Assembly (NCBI RefSeq): GCF_009914755.1
Contig: NC_060926.1
Source: the human T2T-CHM13v2.0 reference genome, Homo sapiens
Strand: one strand, 5' to 3'
Length of the DNA: 64,000 nucleotides
Part shown: positions 57,607 to 64,000 of the stretch, in pieces
How the letters are laid out: every line of letters starts with the position of its first letter
Position numbering within the stretch: position 1 is the first letter of the stretch
Notes under the pieces: model-generated
What the model saw: the letters and a program-made list of their open reading frames with translations, nothing else
Told to the model about the DNA's origin: nothing
The model's database searches: none
Translations under genes and position numbers: made by a program

Positions 57607-58862
57607 AGATTTACAAGAAGTTGATAAAATGCTGGTGATTATGCTATCTATGGGATTAGAAATTATGTTAGTTAATAAAGAAATTTTTACTAATCTTAAC
57701 AAATAGAAAGAAGGGGGGAAACAAAAAGTTAATGTAAAGTAGAAATAAGGAGTTCTTTCCTGATATAAACTCTTAGATACAGAAGCCTTCCGTGTTTATG
57801 CACACTAGCACAGAAACACTAGCATACTTATACAAAAAGTTCAGAAGCTTATACAGTTCACACTTTTTTTAAGTTTAAAGGTTAATAATGTTTGTGAGAA
57901 ATGGAGAAGTACATTAAACCTCATTTTCACAGATGTGAGAAAGAGACAATAAAAAAAAAGTGACTTTTCCAAGGCCCAACAGTAAATCATTAAATGCCTA
58001 TGATTTTAAAAATCAAGTTTTCAATTGACCATAAAAATGAATTAATTCTGTGTGGGCAGATATTTTTCTTTTATCAAATTCTCTACATTATAGGAATTTC
58101 CTTTTATTTTTTCCTATTGTGTTTTTCTTATTTATGTCCTACTTTTACATCATTTAGAAGTGTCCAAAGGCTACTCCTCTCAATACCACTGGAGATTTCA
58201 TTGACCTTTCTCAGTCTGAATCACAATAATGATCACTGTCTCTGATAATCACCGTGTCTGAGATTCAAATTTATTGGAGCTAAATGATTTAAGTGATGTT
58301 TAAGACAAAGAAAAAAGCAAAAGAACAAGATTAAAATATAGTCTTTCAAAGACTTACTTCCAGTAATTGGGGTAGACAGAAGAGAAAAAACTAAAACGAC
58401 AACAAAATACACAAATGGCAGGGAAAGAATAAACATTTTATCTAAAGATATTCTACTAAAACGTTGAAGTCTCATTCACACATCTCTGTAAATAACACTT
58501 TTGAGGATATATTTCCAAATGTATTTATTTTACATTCTTTAAGTGTAATCTTGTTCTAAATTATGTATATTATAAAATATAAATATAGAAAATCTATAAG
58601 TACAAGAAAAAATATAGTATGGACATATGTAGTATAGACAATTCGAATAAATGTTAGTGAAAATTATGTGATGGACTATGCTTCACTACTTGAAAATCTT
58701 GGTTTAATGGTTGGTCATAGAAGAATTCAAACTCTAAGGACAGTTCACCCCCATACTTGGCTTTAATGAATATAGTCATTAAAATAGACACTGGAAAAAA
58801 TATGGAAGAAGTACAAAATAGGCTTTATGTAATCAACTATGATACTCAAATTTCAATTCCAG

Positions 58863-59158
<296 letters not shown>

Positions 59159-59954
59159 GAATCAATTCCATCCACCAATTATGCAAAGATTGTAATTTAG
59201 TCTTTTTCTCTAGTAAATTTCTGGCTTCTCTGAGGTCAACTAGTTTTCCTCACAAAGTTTTTTTTTAATGTTTAACAGCTGGGTTCTGAGCCACTGAAAT
59301 GCCATTAGGAATATTTTTAATCATGTTAGAAAATGTTTTCAAATTTATTAAGTGTTCATATAAGGGAGTTTTAAGATGTGTTTATGCCATTATTTTTAAA
59401 GTTTTTTATTTATAATAGCTTTATTGGGGTCTAATTTACAATTCATAAAATATACCCATTAGAACTGTATTATTTTTAATAAATGTATTGTTGTGGAACC
59501 ATTACCACTATCCACTTTTAGGACATTAACATCACCAGAAAACATTCAGTCATAACCACTTGTATTAAATCCTCCCATCCCAGTCTAAGGTAATCACTGA
59601 TCTGTCTTCTATCTCCATATTTTTTCCCTTTTTGGGAGTTTCATATAAATGGTATCATACAAATGAGGCCTCTTGTCTGGCTTTTTCTCTCTTGGCATAA
59701 TATTTTGGAGGTTTATCCATATTGTACCATGTATCAGTAGTTCATTATTTTTAGAGATGAATAGTATTCGAGTATGCCATGTTTTGTTTTGTCAATCATC
59801 AGGTGATATTTAGATTATTTCCAATGTTTTGCTATTATTAACAATATTGCTACTGTTCATGTAAAAGTCTGTGTGGACATACATATTTATTTCTATGGAA
59901 GTAAGATTGCTGGGTCATATGGTATAAGTTTATATTTATATATATGACTTATTC

Positions 59955-60258
59955 TTTTTTAAAGAGAATAGGCCTCTCTACATTGCATAGACGGGCGTGC
60001 AGTGGTATCGATATGTGCAATCCCACTACTGATCAGCACAGGAGTTTTGACCTGCCCTGTTTCCAACCTGAGCTGCTTCACCTCTCCTGAGGCAACGTGG
60101 TGGTCCCTTCTTCCCAGGAAGTCACCATATTGATGCATAACAGTACAGACACCTGATCAGCATAGTGCACTATAGCCCAGAACTCCTGAACTCCAGGGAT
60201 CCTCCTGCCTCAGCCATCTGAGAAGCTGGGTCTACATGCATGCAACATTGTGTCTGGC
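59955..60258 (-). pseudogene. 7SL (SRP) RNA retropseudogene
   Basis: Has Alu-domain ends plus the S domain that Alu lacks ('tcccactactgatcagcacaggagttttgacctg...gtcaccatattgatgc'). Confidence 0.93.
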
Positions 60259-61142
60259 TATGTTTATGTTTTCAATAAGTTGCTAAATGACTCCAAAAAG
60301 TGTGTATACCATTACACATTTAGCAATTTATGAGAGTTGCAGTTTTTTCACATCTTTGTCATCACTGTGTATTGTCAATTTTTGGTTTATAACCATTTTA
60401 CTGGTAGTGTACTGGTATCGTATTGTGGTTGTAATTTGCATTTCCCTAATATGTTGAACATCTTTTCATGTGCTTATTAATCATTTGTATACCTTTTTGG
60501 TGAAATCTCTATTAAAACATTTTATTTTTAATTGAATTGCTTATCTTATTTTTCACATTTAGCATGCTTTATATATTCTAGATACAAGTACTTTATCAGA
60601 TATTTGACCTAGGAATTTTTTCACAGGCTGTTATTTGTCTTTTCACTTTCTTACCAGTATCTTTTGGAGGGCAAAACTTTTCATTTTTATAAAATGCAAT
60701 TTATCAATTTCTTCTTTAATGGATCACAATTTTGGTATTGTATCTAAAGAAACCTTTCCAAAAGCAAGGTTGCAGAGATTTTCTACTGTTTTCAGATATA
60801 ATTTTAGCTCTTACAGGTAGGTCTGTGATATATATAAATTTTTTTCTGTATGGTGTTTGGTAAGAATTTAAGTTCAGTATTTTGCATATGAATATGCAAT
60901 TATTCCAGTAGTATTTCTTAAAAAAAAATCCCTTTCACTATTGCTCTGCCTTGTCATCTTTGCTGAAAACCAACTGATTGTAAATATATTAATTTCTGTA
61001 CCTTCTATTTCATTGATCTAAGTGTCTATCATTATGCCAATATTACATCCTATTATTATAGCTTTATAAGTTTTGAAATTAGTATTGTAATAACTCTTAC
61101 CTTTTTTTTACAAGATTGTTTTTGATATGTATTTCCATTTTA

Positions 61143-61440
61143 TTTTTTTTTTATTTATTTTTGAGATGGGGTCTCATTCTGTTATCCAGGCTGGAGTTCA
61201 GTGGTGTGATCACAGCTCACTGCAGCCTTGACTTCCTGGGCTCCAGCCATCCTCCCACCTCAGACCCCTGAGGAGCTGGGACCACAGGTGTGAGCCACCA
61301 TGCCTAATTTTTGTATTTTTGGTAGAGATAGGGTTTTGCCATGTTACCCAGGCTGGTCTTCAACTCCTGAGCTCAAGCAATCCACCCCGCTCGGCCTTCC
61401 AAAGTGCTGGGATCACAGGCATGAGCCACTGCACCCGGCC
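61143..61440 (-). mobile_element. AluJ
   Basis: Perfect 15-bp TSD tgtatttccatttta (61128-61142 / 61441-61455). Confidence 0.96.
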
Positions 61441-61528
61441 TGTATTTCCATTTTAAAATTGACTTCTCAATTCCTATAAAAATGCTTGCTAAGATATTGA
61501 TAGAGATGACATTTAATCTATAGATTAG

Positions 61529-61922
<394 letters not shown>

Positions 61923-62199
61923 GGAACTGTTTTTTAAAATTCATTTTCAGATTCCCAGTTCCTAGCATATAAAAATACAACTGACTTCTATATATTGATC
62001 TTGTATTCTGTGACCTTGTTAAATTCATTTATTAGGTCCTAGTAGGATTTTTTATGTATAAGGTCAAGTAATCTGTAAATAAAGACAGCTTTAATTTTTC
62101 CTTTCCAATCAATATGACTTTTTCTTTCCTTGTTACACTAGCTAGAACCTCCAGTAAAATGGTGACTAGAAGAGATGAGAATGGACATCCTTATTTTAT

Positions 62200-62600
62200 T
62201 CTCCCATCCAAGTACTAATGAGTTCTGTCCCTTCTTGCCCTCCTTGGTTTCTTTTTTTTTTTTCCGAGACAGTCTCGCTCTGTCGCCCAGGCTGGAGTGC
62301 AGTGGTAGGATCTCGGCTCACTGCAGCCCCCACCTCCTGGGTTCAAGCAATTCTCCCTGCCTCAGCCTTTCGAGTAGCTGGCACTATAGGCACCCACCAC
62401 CATGCCAAGCTAATTTTTGTATTTTTAGTAGAGATGCCATTTTGCCATGTTGGCCAGGCTGGTCTTGAACTCCTGACCTGAGGTGATCTGCCTGCCTTGG
62501 CCTCCCAAAGTGCTGGGATTATAGGCATGAGCCACCATGCTTGGCCCCTCCCTACTTTCTGAGATCAGACAGGTACGTTCAAAGTGGTATGGCCATATAC
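62200..62600 (-). pseudogene. 5S rRNA retropseudogene, 3'-truncated and tailless, split by an Alu
   Basis: Minus strand: GTATATGGCCATACCACTTTGAACGTACC..GTCTGATCTCAGAA [Alu] ..TTAGTACTTGGATGGGAGA; TSD tttattctc (62195-62203 / 62601-62609). Confidence 0.88.
62251..62546 (-). mobile_element. AluSx/Sz-like, inside the 5S pseudogene
   Basis: Dimeric antisense Alu with T-tail. Confidence 0.95.
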
Positions 62601-62792
62601 TTTATTCTCAGATTTAGAAGGAAAGCATGGAGTCTTTCACCATAAACATGTTGTTATCTGTTGGTATTCATAGATGCACTTTATCACACCAACAAAGTTC
62701 CCTTCTATTCTTAGTATGTTGAGCATTTTACCGTGAATCGGTGTTGTATCTTGTCAATTGCTTTTTCTGGCACATATTGTCATCTTCATTTT

Positions 62793-63341
62793 TTTTTTTT
62801 TTGTATTTTAAAAATTAACTACAGACAAATGTGGCAGTTCCTGACAAGATGATGTATTAGTAGGTACTGTTGTCTTGCTGTCCTGATCCAACCCCAGGGA
62901 TGTACAGAAAACAACAATAAACAGTGGCCCAGGGATGTAAAGGGCCAGGCATCACGGCTGAAGGATAGAGTGGGGGCATATATTTTTTGAATGATTCATT
63001 TTCTCTCTGCTACTGCTTTAATAACCTTCTTTCTACCTCTACGAAGCAGACAAAGAGCTCTGAAGTTCAGGAAATAATGAGGTCATATTTTCTGAGGATT
63101 TATTTTAGAAGAACTTCAGATCTAGCATTTTACAACAGCCCTCTACTGTGGTGATCATTTGATGACCCAGTGTTAGCACTGAGTAAAGAGCTGCTTTCCA
63201 GCTGGAGATGATGGGTGACTTGCCAGGTGCCCTGCATCTGTCTGACAACCTTCTTCTACTTTGAGCTTTGCACAAAGCTGCTGGCTGTATGGGATCTGGC
63301 AGTAATTAGCACACTTCCAACATAGGTCCACTTACGGTAAG
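62793..63341 (-). other. Unidentified retroposed sequence (poly(A) and TSD)
   Basis: T-run at 62789-62802; 15-bp TSD tgtcaYcttcatttt (62778-62792 / 63342-63356); interrupts L1M sequence; I do not recognise it as a known repeat. Confidence 0.75.
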
Positions 63342-64000
63342 TGTCACCTTCATTTTGAAGAACAGTTTTGCTAGATATAGAATTCTTGACAGGTTTTTTC
63401 TTTCAGCATTTTGAATACGTCCTTTTACTATCCTCTAGTTTGTTTTGTTTCTAATGAGAGGTCAGCTGTTAATTTTACTGTGATTCCCTTGTGTAAAATG
63501 AGTTGTTATTTTCTTGCTGCCTCAAAATTTTCTTGTTATTTTTGTCTTTCAGCAGGCTAAGATGTATCTAGTTGTGCCTCTCTTTATGTTTATTCTATTT
63601 GGTGTTTGCTGAGTGTCTTTGATGTGTGGATTAAGATTTTAAACAGATTGGGGAAGTTTTAGGACATTGCTTCTTCAAATATTTTTTCTATACCCTTCTA
63701 TCCCTCCTTTCCTCCTGGGGCTCCCAGCATAAATTGGTATACTTCGATTCTGTCCCACAAGTCCCAGCAGCTTTGTTCATTTTTCTTCAATCTTTCTCCT
63801 ATTCTTTAGGTTGGATAGTTTCTATTAGTCTGTCTTCAAGTTCACTGATTTCTTGTTCTGCCATCACAAATTTGCTATGGAACCCATACAGCAGATTTTT
63901 AAATTGTTATATTTTTCAACTCTAAAATTTTTCATTTCTTTTTCATAGTTTCTATTTCTCTATTTAGAGTCCATATTTGTTGAGTCATTTCATCTTTAAG

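Noticed and set aside
58100-58245. Polypyrimidine tract and AG followed by short open frames
   Set aside because: No recognisable protein and no donor site; cannot support an exon.

Overview
Primate genomic DNA, probably hominoid or human because it contains an L1PA3-type fragment. It is AT-rich, very repeat-dense and looks intergenic or deep-intronic. I can support no intact protein-coding gene: the long ORFs are broken LINE-1 ORF1/ORF2 pieces, Alu/LTR read-throughs or fragments of a processed HNRNPDL pseudogene. Main contents: three large + strand L1PA elements (about 9992-14456, 32918-37500, and full-length 46278-52481), short L1PA 3' stubs, older L1M elements, about 13 Alus plus a FAM, MaLR/ERVL LTR elements, MIR/L2 and DNA-transposon fossils. 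Four retrocopies are present: HNRNPDL mRNA, 7SL RNA, 5S rRNA and an unidentified ~550 bp sequence with poly(A) and TSD. Best leads: (1) neighbouring L1 copies share non-consensus variants, including identical nonsense mutations, in a patchwork suggesting local gene conversion (or an assembly artefact); (2) an L1 insertion that deleted most of RRM1 from the HNRNPDL retrocopy; (3) a 3' transduction on the full-length L1, possibly with the donor TSD at both ends; (4) the orphan retroposed sequence; (5) a tailless 5S retropseudogene split by an Alu; (6) a perfect DR5 retinoic-acid response element in unique sequence. Subfamily calls and consensus comparisons are from memory, and most repeat boundaries are approximate. 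I found no convincing new gene system.
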